From contig JAFGIX010000052.1 of the NCBI GenBank assembly GCA_016929395.1, positions 7,151 to 71,150 on the forward strand: a stretch of DNA of 64,000 nt, in the 5' to 3' direction. The position numbers and the translations under genes were made by a program. A model generated the notes under the pieces. That model was not told where the DNA came from, did no database searches, and saw nothing but the letters and a program-made list of their open reading frames with translations. The stretch comes from Candidatus Zymogenus saltonus (GTDB taxonomy: Bacteria > Desulfobacterota > Zymogenia > Zymogenales > Zymogenaceae). This document shows, in pieces, positions 51,691 to 61,764 of this stretch. The number at the start of each line of letters is the position of its first letter. Within the stretch, counting starts at the first letter, position 1.

Positions 51691-51960
51691 ACCTTGGAAA
51701 TAAGCCTTGTATTTGTAACAAGCTTTTGCCGATTGCTGTTTTAATTAAACCGTTTCGTTATTAGTTTAATATTATAAACGGCTATCTAAAATCAAGTCAT
51801 TTAGATAAATCAAATAACCTAAATGATTTGAACAGTCAATGCCTTCAATCAGGATGTGCAACGGCCGGATCAGCGTGACTATTTATCTACCCCCCTCCCT
51901 ACCCCCAAAGCCTTCAATCCCTTTTTACACCCCGAATTCCACCAGGCCTCTACATGTCCC

Positions 51961-52040
51961 GCCCCAACCCCCCCAACCTTTCCCCAACCCCCACGACTTT
52001 TCCCCAACCCCCACGACCTTGCCCCAACCCGCCCCAACCT
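51961..52040 (-). repeat. 10/20-bp period tandem repeat with six CCCCAA (TTGGGG) cores
   Basis: CCCCAA at 51962, 51971, 51982, 52002, 52022 and 52032; TCCCCAACCCCCACGAC occurs twice. Confidence 0.8.
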
Positions 52041-52090
52041 CGTCCCGACTTTACTCTAATATTGGTCAACCCCCCACCAACACCCCTTGC

Positions 52091-52561
52091 TCAGATCCTC
52101 CTTATCGCCTCCTCTATCACTTCCCAGCCGAAGCCCCTCCTCTTGAGCTTTACGATTATCTCCTCCTTGAAACCTTCCTTCAATCCTTCCCCCCTCCCCT
52201 TTTCGATCGACATCCTCTTTTCCACGAACCGCTTCGCCCCTGAAATCTCCCTTTCCAACACATCGGGACTTTCAAGCGCACCGTCCACTATCTCCCTCGA
52301 AACGCCCCTCTTTTGAAGCTCCGCCCTTATCTTCATCTTTCCCCAGGACTTTCTCACGAGCCCGTATTCGAGAAAGCGCTCCGCAAAATCAACGTCGTCG
52401 AGGTATTTATCCTCCTGAAGTCTATGCAACACATTTATCACGGCCCCTTCATCCATTCCCTTTTTTAGCAGCTTGATTTTAAGTTCATATACGCTGTGGG
52501 GGCGCCTGCCGAGGCTTTTTAACGCGGAGTCCAGTACTCTTTCTTCTTCGGCCTGATTCAC
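52091..52561 (-). CDS. recX: regulatory protein RecX
   Basis: RPHSVYELK.KL, YLDDVDFA, G..KIRAELQKRGV and RRGF. Confidence 0.9.
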   Translation of the reverse strand: MNQAEEERVLDSALKSLGRRPHSVYELKIKLLKKGMDEGAVINVLHRLQEDKYLDDVDFAERFLEYGLVRKSWGKMKIRAELQKRGVSREIVDGALESPDVLEREISGAKRFVEKRMSIEKGRGEGLKEGFKEEIIVKLKRRGFGWEVIEEAIRRI

Positions 52562-53728
52562 CTAAAACCTGTCTATCTTGATCTCTTCATCTCCCCCCTT
52601 GTCCTCGTCCTGCTCGGAGATATCCTTGTCAAACTCGTCCCAGGTGGAATCGCTTGTGGACGAGATCCCCTTGATCCTCAGGGCGAAGTCGTCCGGGTTG
52701 GTGCTCTGGCGCATGGCCTCCTCGTACGTTATCAATCCCCTTCTGAAGAGGAACATCAGGGATTGGTCGAAGGTCTGCATCCCATGGGTGGTATATCCCT
52801 TTGAAATTGCGTCGTGAATCTCCTTTGTCTTCTCCTTGTCGGAGATGCACTCCCGAATAAGTCCCGTCGAGACCAGCACCTCCACGGCCGGGACCCTCCC
52901 CTTTCCATCGGCCCTCGGCACGAGGCGCTGGGAGACAACCCCTTTTAGGATTCCCGCAAGCTGAAATCGTATCTGCTGCTGCTGATAGGGCGGGAAGACC
53001 GAAATTATTCGGGTTATAGTCTCCGTGGCGTCCACGGTGTGGAGGGTGCTCAAGACGAGGTGCCCCGTTTCCGCCGCGGTAAGGGCCGTCTCTATCGTCT
53101 CGAAGTCCCTCATCTCCCCCACGAGGATCGTGTCCGGGTCCTGCCTCAGGGCGCTCTTCAGGGCCCCGGCGAAGTTCTGGGCGTCAAAGCCTATCTCCCG
53201 CTGGTTTATGATGCTCTTCTTGTCTCTGTGAAGAAACTCGATCGGGTCCTCTATGGTCAATATGTGACATGTCCTATTAGAGTTGATATAATCTATCATG
53301 GCGGCCAGGGTCGTGGATTTCCCCGATCCGGTTGTCCCGGTAACAAGGATCAGACCCCTCGGCTCGGACGCTATCTTTTCCAGCACGTTTGGCAGGTTGA
53401 GTTCCTGGACGTTTTTGATCTTTACCGGGATAGAGCGAAGGACGATCCCCAGCGTTCCCCTCTGTTGAAAGACATTGACCCTGAACCTCCCCAGACCAGG
53501 CACCCCGTAGGCGAGATCGACGTCGTTGGAGTCTCTGTACCTTTCCATCTGCTTCTTGTTCATGATGCTTTCCGCCATGCCCGTTATCTCGTCGGGAGTA
53601 ATACGCGGGGCGTTCTTCAGCGGAAACAGGGATCCGTCTATCCTCAACACGGGCGGAAGGCCCACCTTGAGGTGAACGTCGGATGCACCCTGCTTCACGC
53701 CCACTTTCAATATCTCATTTATGTCCAT
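52562..53728 (-). CDS. pilT: type IV pilus retraction ATPase, PilT/PilU family
   Basis: [42 protein letters not shown] and GMQTFD. Confidence 0.92.
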   Translation of the reverse strand: MDINEILKVGVKQGASDVHLKVGLPPVLRIDGSLFPLKNAPRITPDEITGMAESIMNKKQMERYRDSNDVDLAYGVPGLGRFRVNVFQQRGTLGIVLRSIPVKIKNVQELNLPNVLEKIASEPRGLILVTGTTGSGKSTTLAAMIDYINSNRTCHILTIEDPIEFLHRDKKSIINQREIGFDAQNFAGALKSALRQDPDTILVGEMRDFETIETALTAAETGHLVLSTLHTVDATETITRIISVFPPYQQQQIRFQLAGILKGVVSQRLVPRADGKGRVPAVEVLVSTGLIRECISDKEKTKEIHDAISKGYTTHGMQTFDQSLMFLFRRGLITYEEAMRQSTNPDDFALRIKGISSTSDSTWDEFDKDISEQDEDKGGDEEIKIDRF

Positions 53729-54761
53729 CTCCTAACTCCTCCAGTGGTGGTTCGGAAATTCTCTTCTTAAGCCCGTGCTTTTCCAGCACCTTTGACTCTA
53801 TAGTGTCAAAGATGTTTTTGTTTTCCTTAAGAAAGACCCGGGCGTTTTCCCTTCCCTGGCCGATCCGCTCGTCGCCGTACGAGTACCAAGTGCCGCTCTT
53901 CTCTATAAGGCCATCCTCCACCGCCAGGTCCAAGAGATCCCCCTCCTTGGAGATACCCAGACCGTAGATTATATCGAACTCCACCTCTTTAAACGGCGGG
54001 GCTATCTTGTTTTTTACCACCTTGACCTTTGTACGGTTTCCGACAACCTCCTGGCCGTCTTTCAGGGCGCCTATCCTCCTAATGTCGAGGCGTACACTGG
54101 AATAGAACTTGAGGGCGTTGCCACCGGTCGTCGTCTCCGGGCTTCCAAACAAGACGCCTATTTTCATACGGATCTGGTTTATAAATATTACGGATGTCTT
54201 CGACTTGGAGATTGAAGAAGTAAGCTTCCTCATTGCCTGGGACATGAGCCTCGCCTGAAGTCCCATGTGGGAATCTCCCATATCCCCCTCGATCTCGGCC
54301 CTTGGAACCAAGGCCGCGACCGAGTCTATAACCAGCACGTCCACGGCCCCGCTCCGAACAAGGATGTCGGTGATCTCCAGGGCCTGCTCCCCCGTGTCCG
54401 GCTGGGAGATTAACAGCTCTTCCGTGTTGATCCCCAATGCCTTGGCGTATGATATATCGAGGGCGTGTTCAGCATCGATGAAGGCCACAACGCCGCCGAG
54501 CTTTTGGGCCTCGGCTATGATATGGAGGGCGAGGGTCGTCTTGCCGGAGGCCTCCGGCCCGTATATCTCGATTATTCTCCCCCGGGGAATTCCACCCACT
54601 CCCAGGGCAATATCTAGACCGATGGAGCCGGTGGGTATTACCGGCACAGCGGCGATCTCGCCGCCCTCGCCGAGCTTCATTATCGCCCCCTTGCCATACT
54701 GCTTTTCTATCTGAGACAAAGCCAGGTTCAATGATTTCTCTTTTCTCTCATCCAATGCCAT
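53715..54761 (-). CDS. recA: recombinase RecA
   Basis: [23 protein letters not shown] and GGNALKFY. Confidence 0.99.
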   Translation of the reverse strand: MALDERKEKSLNLALSQIEKQYGKGAIMKLGEGGEIAAVPVIPTGSIGLDIALGVGGIPRGRIIEIYGPEASGKTTLALHIIAEAQKLGGVVAFIDAEHALDISYAKALGINTEELLISQPDTGEQALEITDILVRSGAVDVLVIDSVAALVPRAEIEGDMGDSHMGLQARLMSQAMRKLTSSISKSKTSVIFINQIRMKIGVLFGSPETTTGGNALKFYSSVRLDIRRIGALKDGQEVVGNRTKVKVVKNKIAPPFKEVEFDIIYGLGISKEGDLLDLAVEDGLIEKSGTWYSYGDERIGQGRENARVFLKENKNIFDTIESKVLEKHGLKKRISEPPLEELGDGHK

Positions 54762-54776
54762 AAGAAACCCTCCCGT

Positions 54777-55358
54777 TTATCCAAAGGGGTAATAAAAGAG
54801 GGAGGTGTAAACCGCCCCCGTGGGTCTTAGATCACTCTTGAATAGGTGCAGCCCCGAAACCCGAATATCGCCCAAGATAATATCTTTCATTCCCTCGATT
54901 CTCTCGATCATCCGTCGGTCCGCCCTGCCCTTGACCCTCCCGAGCGTCAGGTGGGGCCTGAAATCCCGATCCTCTCTGGGAAAGCCTATCTTTGAAAATG
55001 TCTCCTCCAGGGAATCCCGTATCGCCCCCAGCCTCTCGATATCACCGTCAAGCCCGACCCATATCACCCTGGCCCCCCTTGACTTATTTCCGCCGGGGAA
55101 GGTCCCCAACTCCTTGACGGTAAGAGATATATCGTCCATCCCCTTAAAACCTGATACCCCCTCCTCCCCCGCCTCGGTTACCTTTTTTAGATCGCCCTCT
55201 TTGACGCTCCCTAGAAATTTAAGCGTCAGGTGAATCGCCCCGGGCCTTACCCACTTCACACCGTCTTCGGGGGATGAGAGCTTTTCTATCAGCTCCCCGA
55301 GTTTTGATCTCATCTCCTCTGTTATCTCCGCTGCAATAAATAGCCTGAGATCAGCCAT
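54777..55358 (-). CDS. thpR: RNA 2',3'-cyclic phosphodiesterase
   Basis: RLFIA and two HxT motifs (HLTLKF, PHLTLGR). Confidence 0.92.
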   Translation of the reverse strand: MADLRLFIAAEITEEMRSKLGELIEKLSSPEDGVKWVRPGAIHLTLKFLGSVKEGDLKKVTEAGEEGVSGFKGMDDISLTVKELGTFPGGNKSRGARVIWVGLDGDIERLGAIRDSLEETFSKIGFPREDRDFRPHLTLGRVKGRADRRMIERIEGMKDIILGDIRVSGLHLFKSDLRPTGAVYTSLFYYPFG

Positions 55359-55745
55359 TAATCACCGCTCCACGACTCAATATTAATATCTCCAATAACT
55401 TCAATATCTCTACATCTATCAATATCTTTCCGGCCCCTACCTTGTTTGCCGTCACCGCCTACAATCCCCTGACCCTCATATATTGTAAAACTAATTACAA
55501 AAACAGTCTATAAATATTTGAAATAATCTTCGCGCCAAAAAATCTTCGCGCCCCCATCATGCTTGGATGAATCGTGAAAACTCCCCTTCCACCGTATCTG
55601 GCTTATCTACAAACTTTTAATCCAATTTCCGACATCTCTGTATTCTCATTTAGCCCGTTCTAAACGCCGTTCTCCTTCAAACTGCTGGGTTTGTGCCACC
55701 CATTTTCACACAAACTTCTTCTCCCCGTTCTCTCCCCTCCGCATG

Positions 55746-57053
55746 CTATCGACTCCACCTCTCCCCCACCTCGGACACCTTCTTTCCGAGGAGACAGCGC
55801 CGGAGCCACTCGAGGGCCATCTCCGACGAGATAAGCCTTATCCTCCCCCTGTCACCGATAAACTTGTATCCCTTTGAGACGACGATCTCGCTCCGCTTTC
55901 GCTTGGCGCCCCGGTCATCGTCGTAGGCCAGGCCGATGAATACCGTCCCCACCGGTTTTTCCTCGGTACCACCGGAAGGCCCGGCGATTCCCGTTATAGA
56001 GATGCCTATATCTGTCTTGGCGCTCCTCTTGACCCCCAGGGCCATCGCCTCGGCGACATCGGAGCTTACGGCGCCCTTCGTCGAGATGAGTACCGGATCC
56101 ACCCCTATAAGGTAGCTTTTTGCCTCGTTGCTGTAGCTCACAATCCCGCTCTTGAAGTAGGCGGAGCTTCCGGGCACTTCCGTGAGCCTCTTGGACAAGA
56201 GCCCCCCGGTGCACGATTCCGACACCGCCAAGGTCAATCCCCCTGTTATGAGCATTCCGGAAACGACCATATCGAGGGTCTCGTCATCCTCGCCGAATAC
56301 CCTCTCCCCGAGCTCCACCCTCATTTTCTTCTCTATCCCCTCCACCAGCTCTTCGGCTCTCTCCATAGATTCTTTGGATCTCGCGGTTATCGTGACGTGG
56401 TTCTCCGGGAATATGGGGAGAAATCCCACCTTTATCCTGTCCCTGTCGTACGGGATATCCTTGACGCGCTCGTAGACCTGGGACTCCGTAAGGCCGAAGA
56501 CCTTGAGCACCTTTTTCGCCACGAAACTTCCCCGCCTCAATCTTTCAGCTATAATCGTCAGCACCCCCTGGTCCATCATCACCGTCATCTCCTCGGGAAC
56601 GCCGGGAAGGACGAACACGTGCTTTTCGTCCTGAAGGATATGGTAGCCCGGGGCCGTGCCCACCGGATTTGTGATCATCTCCGATCCCGCAGGCATAAGG
56701 GCCTGTCTCTCGGCTCCCGGTCCCAGCTTTATCCCCCTTTTTTCGTACTTCGCCTCGATCTGATCGAGGGCTTCCGGGAAGAGGACGAGCCTCAAGCCCA
56801 TTCCCTTGGCCACGGCCTTTGAAGTAATATCATCGGGCGTGGGACCCAAACCTCCCGTCACCACGACCACGTCGGCCCGGGATACAGCTGTCTTCAACGA
56901 TTCGACTATTCTAACTTCATCGTCCCCGACGGTCGTTATTTGAATGGTCTCTATTCCGAATTGGAAGAGCCTGTCCGCGATGAATGTAGCGTTCGTGTCC
57001 GTCACGTGTCCAGAGAGGAGCTCGTTTCCAATGGTGATTATCTCCCCCCTCAA
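55746..57053 (-). CDS. cinA: competence/damage-inducible protein A (MoCF + NMN deamidase)
   Basis: IGNELLSG, GGLGPTPDD, LPGVP, ESCTGG and TGIAGP. Confidence 0.95.
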   Translation of the reverse strand: MRGEIITIGNELLSGHVTDTNATFIADRLFQFGIETIQITTVGDDEVRIVESLKTAVSRADVVVVTGGLGPTPDDITSKAVAKGMGLRLVLFPEALDQIEAKYEKRGIKLGPGAERQALMPAGSEMITNPVGTAPGYHILQDEKHVFVLPGVPEEMTVMMDQGVLTIIAERLRRGSFVAKKVLKVFGLTESQVYERVKDIPYDRDRIKVGFLPIFPENHVTITARSKESMERAEELVEGIEKKMRVELGERVFGEDDETLDMVVSGMLITGGLTLAVSESCTGGLLSKRLTEVPGSSAYFKSGIVSYSNEAKSYLIGVDPVLISTKGAVSSDVAEAMALGVKRSAKTDIGISITGIAGPSGGTEEKPVGTVFIGLAYDDDRGAKRKRSEIVVSKGYKFIGDRGRIRLISSEMALEWLRRCLLGKKVSEVGERWSR

Positions 57054-57523
57054 AGGGCCCCCCTCACAATGATGACGGCCCAGAGGACGATATTGGTGTA
57101 GACGCCGGCGATCACATCGTCGAGGACCACCCCGATGCCGCCGCCCACCTTTTTATCCACCATGCCCGCGGGATATGGTTTTAAAATGTCAAAGAACCGA
57201 AATACTATAAAGCCAGCCACGAGATACTCGACCGTGTCCGGGATCAGCAACATCGAAACGAGGTAGCCGACTATCTCGTCGATCACGATCTTCTTTGAAT
57301 CGTGCTCCCCGAAGAGGACGTTGGCATCGCCCGATATTTTTACCGCGGCGATCCCGAGAACGACGACCCCGGCTATGTACACGGGAAACCCCCCTAAGTT
57401 CAACAGGAGGCATATCCCGACGCCCAGAAGACTTCCGAAGGTGCCGGGCATAAGGGGGATGTACCCGATCCCCAGGCCGGTCGCGGCGGCCTTTATAAAA
57501 AAATCTTTCACTTTTTGCCGCAA
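57050..57523 (-). CDS. pgpA: phosphatidylglycerophosphatase A
   Basis: PGTFGS, IVIDEIVG, FRFFDILKP and LDDVIAG. Confidence 0.93.
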   Translation of the reverse strand: MRQKVKDFFIKAAATGLGIGYIPLMPGTFGSLLGVGICLLLNLGGFPVYIAGVVVLGIAAVKISGDANVLFGEHDSKKIVIDEIVGYLVSMLLIPDTVEYLVAGFIVFRFFDILKPYPAGMVDKKVGGGIGVVLDDVIAGVYTNIVLWAVIIVRGAL

Positions 57524-57540
57524 TCTCCCATAAAATTATA

Positions 57541-59028
57541 TTAGCAAACGTCATCATTGTCAAGCCGATCCACGACCCTGAGGAAGGCCTCCACGACCCT
57601 GGGGTCGAACTGGGTGCCGGAATTCGACTTTATCTCCTCGATGGTCTTTTCCCTGCCGATCTTCTCCCTGTACGCCCTCGTGGAAGTCATGGCGTCGTAG
57701 GTGTCGGCAACGGCGATTATCCTCGACAGCATTGGTATATCCTCGCCGACAAGCCCCTCCGGATACCCCTCCCCGTTATATCGCTCATGGTGGTAATACA
57801 CTATCTCGGCGATATCCTGAAACTGGGAAATCGGGGCAAGTATATCCCTCCCTATCACCGGGTGAGATCTCATCTCCTCGGACTCTTTCGTGTCCAATTT
57901 CCCGTTTTTATTTAGCACCAACTCGCTTATTCCTATCTTTCCGATGTCGTGCAATATGCCCGCCTGGGCGAGCCTGTCTATTTCCTCCTGGGGAAGGTTC
58001 ATCTCCTTTGCTATTATCAGGGCATATCTCGTTACCCGCTCGGAGTGGCCGCTGGCGTATTTGTCCTTGACGTCCAATGTCTTGGCAAAGCTCTTTACAG
58101 TATCTCCCAGAATATTTACGATATCCTCATAAAGCCTTGCGTTCTCGATGGCCACGGAGACGTTGTTTACGAGGATCATGAGGGATTTCTTGACCCCCTC
58201 GGTAAAAATGAATCCCCTTGTAAAAGAAAATTGGGCAACAAAACCCATCGTTTTTTCTTTTATCCTCATGGGAAGCAGAAGGACCGACTCGACACCGGAA
58301 AGATCCTTAATCAGCTCGTCGAGCTTTTTCAGCTCTTTACCGGCGAAAATCATACCTTCCTTACCATCGATAAAGGAAAGTATCTTTCTCCAATAGATAA
58401 TTTCATTTACCCTGCTGGATATTCCCATATCCTTTGCCTTTACCAGTCTGTATTTATAGTCTTTCATCGACGTGTCCAGGACACAAAAACCGACCGCGTC
58501 GGCCTCCCCCTCTTTAAACAACACATCCACGAACATTGAAAGGACGCTGTCCAGCTGAAGGTTGGAGCTTATGGCCATGCTTATATCATAAAGGGCCATG
58601 GTCTCCTTCAACTCGAGGTTTTCCTTTATCAGCTTCTGCTTTTCTACGGCATGTTCTATTACCCTTAAAAGATCGGAGAACTGGAACGGCTTCATTATAT
58701 AATCATAGGCGCCCTTCTTTATCGCCTCCACGGCGGTCTCGACCGTCGCAAATCCCGTCATCATGATGGTGATTATCTTTACCCTGAGGTTGTTTATCTG
58801 GTACAAAAGTTCCATCCCCCCCATCCTCGGCATCCTCATATCCGTGATGACGAGGTCCGGCGGCTCCCGCCTGATGATATGAAGGGCTTCGATTCCGTCC
58901 TCCGCCGTTTTGATGTTATACCCCTCTCCTTCCAACACATCGCTCAGGATATCTCGGACGCTGAACTCGTCATCGACAACAAGTATGGTGTACTTTCCCT
59001 TGCCGGTTTCCATAAGATCTTGCCGCAT
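57541..59028 (-). CDS. response regulator REC-GAF-HD-GYP cyclic dinucleotide phosphodiesterase
   Basis: REC (VVDDE, TDMRMP, KPF), GAF (AIENARLY), GHSERV, LHDIGK, HHERYNGEGYP and QFDP. Confidence 0.9.
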   Translation of the reverse strand: MRQDLMETGKGKYTILVVDDEFSVRDILSDVLEGEGYNIKTAEDGIEALHIIRREPPDLVITDMRMPRMGGMELLYQINNLRVKIITIMMTGFATVETAVEAIKKGAYDYIMKPFQFSDLLRVIEHAVEKQKLIKENLELKETMALYDISMAISSNLQLDSVLSMFVDVLFKEGEADAVGFCVLDTSMKDYKYRLVKAKDMGISSRVNEIIYWRKILSFIDGKEGMIFAGKELKKLDELIKDLSGVESVLLLPMRIKEKTMGFVAQFSFTRGFIFTEGVKKSLMILVNNVSVAIENARLYEDIVNILGDTVKSFAKTLDVKDKYASGHSERVTRYALIIAKEMNLPQEEIDRLAQAGILHDIGKIGISELVLNKNGKLDTKESEEMRSHPVIGRDILAPISQFQDIAEIVYYHHERYNGEGYPEGLVGEDIPMLSRIIAVADTYDAMTSTRAYREKIGREKTIEEIKSNSGTQFDPRVVEAFLRVVDRLDNDDVC

Positions 59029-59034
59029 GTTTTT

Positions 59035-60266
59035 CTACTTAACCATCTCGGCTCTTCCCTTTTTATTCCTCTCCAGATCGATGATGACAATTCTGTAGAC
59101 CTCTTTGACGGGAAGGCCGGATTTTTGAGATATGGCTTTTATATCCTCGTATTCGGGGTGTGCCCCGAAGAGTTTATTTTTAGTGTCGGACGTAAACTTT
59201 ACCTTCACGGGGCCAAGGGACGTTCCCACCTCCTCGATCCACCTTTTAAGCTTTAGACGCCTCTCCCTCCTGTACCTGACGCCCGATGTGGTGCTCTCGG
59301 AGAGGACGATCTTGGTCATCTTGAGACAGTCTTTCGGCTCCATCATGACGGTCAATTCCGTCCCCGGCCTCCCCTTTTTCATAATAAGGGGGGCAAGGGT
59401 GACGTCCAGGGCGCCCGCCTCAAAGAGCCTTTCCGTGAGCGGCTCGTAGAATTGCGGATTCATGTCGTCAATATTTGTAGTGACGACAATAACCTCGTCT
59501 TCGTAATAGGTATTTTGAAAGGCGGTAGTCCCCTCGGCGCCCACGATAAGCCTCAAGAGGTTCGGGGGGGCGCTGTCACCGTTCGAGTATTTAAAGACCT
59601 TGTCTCCGGCGCCGTAACCTATCTCCTCCACGACCATGTCGGTTATCCCCCCGAAATCATCCACGACCGCCTTCAGGACGGCGGCCCCTGTCGGGGTCAC
59701 AAGCTCCCCCAACACGTCCGTTTTTCTTACGGGAATCCCCTTTAGGAGCTCCATCGTCGCCGGCGCCGGCACCGGTAGTTTTCCGTGCCGTGTATCGACG
59801 AATCCGGAGCCCAGAGGCACGGGCCCGGAGATAAACTTAGTGGGCTTAAGAGATCCGAGGCCCAAACCCGCGCCGACTATATCCACGATGGAGTCCACGG
59901 CGCCCACCTCATGGAAGTGAACATCTTCCACATCTATCCCGTGGACTTTAGCCTCCGCCTCGGCGAGAATTGCAAAGATCTCAAGGGCGATATCCTTGCC
60001 GATACATGGGGACATCTTTTCTTCAAGCATCCCCCTTATCGACCGGTAGTCCCTCGACTTCTCTTTCTCCCGGTCGTAGGATACTTTAAAGTCGACCGCA
60101 TCGACCGATCCCCTCTTTATCCTCTCCACATGAAGCTCAGCCCCGATCCCCATTCGGTCTATCTCTTCCTTAAGCCCCTCGACGTTAAATCCCGCGTCGA
60201 TCAAGGCCCCGAGGAGCATATCGCCGGATATTCCGGAAAATGTGTCTATGTATACTATTTTCCCCA
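59035..60266 (-). CDS. larC: nickel pincer cofactor biosynthesis protein LarC
   Basis: FSGISGDM, HFHEVGAVDS, PVPAPAT, TPTGAA, NIDD, MKKGRP and PEYED; GTG start inferred. Confidence 0.9.
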
Positions 60267-60408
60267 CTGCGGTAAAAATCAACTCCTGATGTATATAAGA
60301 TAAATAAGACAACAATAAACGCCGGCCCGTCCCCATAACCTCATCTCGAGTCGACCTTTTACGCCGTGTAAATATAAAAAAAGGGACTTTCTCAAGAATA
60401 TCGGTCGA

Positions 60409-61155
60409 CTACCGATTTATCAACGAGGCGACATAACCCCCGCTGAACCCGTTGTCGATGTTTACCACGCACACCCCAGCGGCGCAAGAGTTGAGCATCC
60501 CCAAAAGGGCCGATATCCCGCCGAGCGCCGCACCGTATCCTATGCTGGTCGGCACGGCCACCACCGGACGCTCCACGATTCCCCCGACGACGCTCGGAAG
60601 CGCCCCCTCCATACCCGCAACCACGACAAGGACATTGGCCGACCTGATGTCTTTCCCCCTGTACATGAGCCTGTGGATTCCCGCGACCCCGACATCGTAG
60701 AGCCTCTCGGTGCGGTTTCCCATCAGCTCACACACGAGGACCGCCTCCTCCGCCACCGGTATATCGGAGGTTCCGGCGCAAATCACCATTATAGTGCCGC
60801 GTCCTTTCTCCTCGACCTCCCTTACCTTGAGAACGAGGCACCTCGCCCTCTCGTGATGCGTAATCTCGGGGATTATTTTCCTTACCACCGCCGCTTTTTC
60901 ACCGTCCACCCTGGTAACAAGGACGTTATTGGTTCCGCCGGAGAGGCTCCTTACGATTTCGGCGATATCCTCAGGTCTCTTTCCCTCACCCAAAACGACC
61001 TCGGGAAAGCCCTGCCTTATCGCCCTGTGGGTGTCGGGCATGGCAAAACCGAGATCCATAAAGGGGAGCCCCTTCAGCTCCTCCAATCCCTCTTCCACCG
61101 TAATCTCGCCGTTTTTAACCATCGACAGGAGCCGTTTTAGCTCGTCTCGGTCCAT
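60409..61155 (-). CDS. larB: nickel pincer cofactor biosynthesis protein LarB
   Basis: GFPEVV..EGK, AGTSD, DVGVAGIHRL, AGMEGALPS and VNIDNG. Confidence 0.93.
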   Translation of the reverse strand: MDRDELKRLLSMVKNGEITVEEGLEELKGLPFMDLGFAMPDTHRAIRQGFPEVVLGEGKRPEDIAEIVRSLSGGTNNVLVTRVDGEKAAVVRKIIPEITHHERARCLVLKVREVEEKGRGTIMVICAGTSDIPVAEEAVLVCELMGNRTERLYDVGVAGIHRLMYRGKDIRSANVLVVVAGMEGALPSVVGGIVERPVVAVPTSIGYGAALGGISALLGMLNSCAAGVCVVNIDNGFSGGYVASLINR

Positions 61156-61755
61156 CTATGCTTTCCCTGTGAATGTATCTATCGAATCCGGCTTTAAGAG
61201 AAATAGGAAGGGCACCCTGACATTTCCGTTACCCACGACAAAATCGCAGGCGATCATCAAGGCCCTGCTTGGAATGTCCGTGTTTTCTGAAATGTACTTC
61301 TGAACCAGGCCGCTGGATTCCAAAAAGGAAAGGCGGGGGACCGAGGGCATAAGGATGTCCCCGAAGTATTTCCCTATGGCTGTGATATAGGTCGCCGCCA
61401 GGATATTTCCTATCTCCCCCAGGACGGAGTTTTTTACATCCTCGCTTATCTCCCCGTGGGTCCTTCTCGAGGCCAGATCGGTCGTCAATACTTCGGCATC
61501 CTTCGAACTTGGGAGAAGAAATATCTCTCCCTTCAGCTTGCCCTGAACGTTCAATTTTACAAGGCTGATCCTGCCGTTGACATTCCCGTAGAGATTGTTG
61601 ATTCTTCCAATTTCCACGACATCGACGACGGAATTCCCCACACTCACCGGCCCGCCGGAAATATCCGACAGCGCCAGAGCCGTTTTCTCCGCGGCGTCTT
61701 CCGAATGTGCCTTATAGATCTCGTCTTTCTGCGATAAAATTTCTCTAATGTTCAA
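61156..61755 (-). CDS. cheC: chemotaxis phosphatase, CheC family
   Basis: SVLGEIGNILA..Y motif and PSVP; follows cheA. Confidence 0.8.
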   Translation of the reverse strand: MNIREILSQKDEIYKAHSEDAAEKTALALSDISGGPVSVGNSVVDVVEIGRINNLYGNVNGRISLVKLNVQGKLKGEIFLLPSSKDAEVLTTDLASRRTHGEISEDVKNSVLGEIGNILAATYITAIGKYFGDILMPSVPRLSFLESSGLVQKYISENTDIPSRALMIACDFVVGNGNVRVPFLFLLKPDSIDTFTGKA

Positions 61756-61764
61756 GTCTTCAAA

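Noticed and set aside
51650..51850. T-box riboswitch upstream of alaS
   Set aside because: No UGGNACC antiterminator motif or stem I signature found; kept only as a generic attenuator candidate
51839..52316. Pro-rich ORFs on the plus strand
   Set aside because: Translations of the C-rich repeat and antisense to recX
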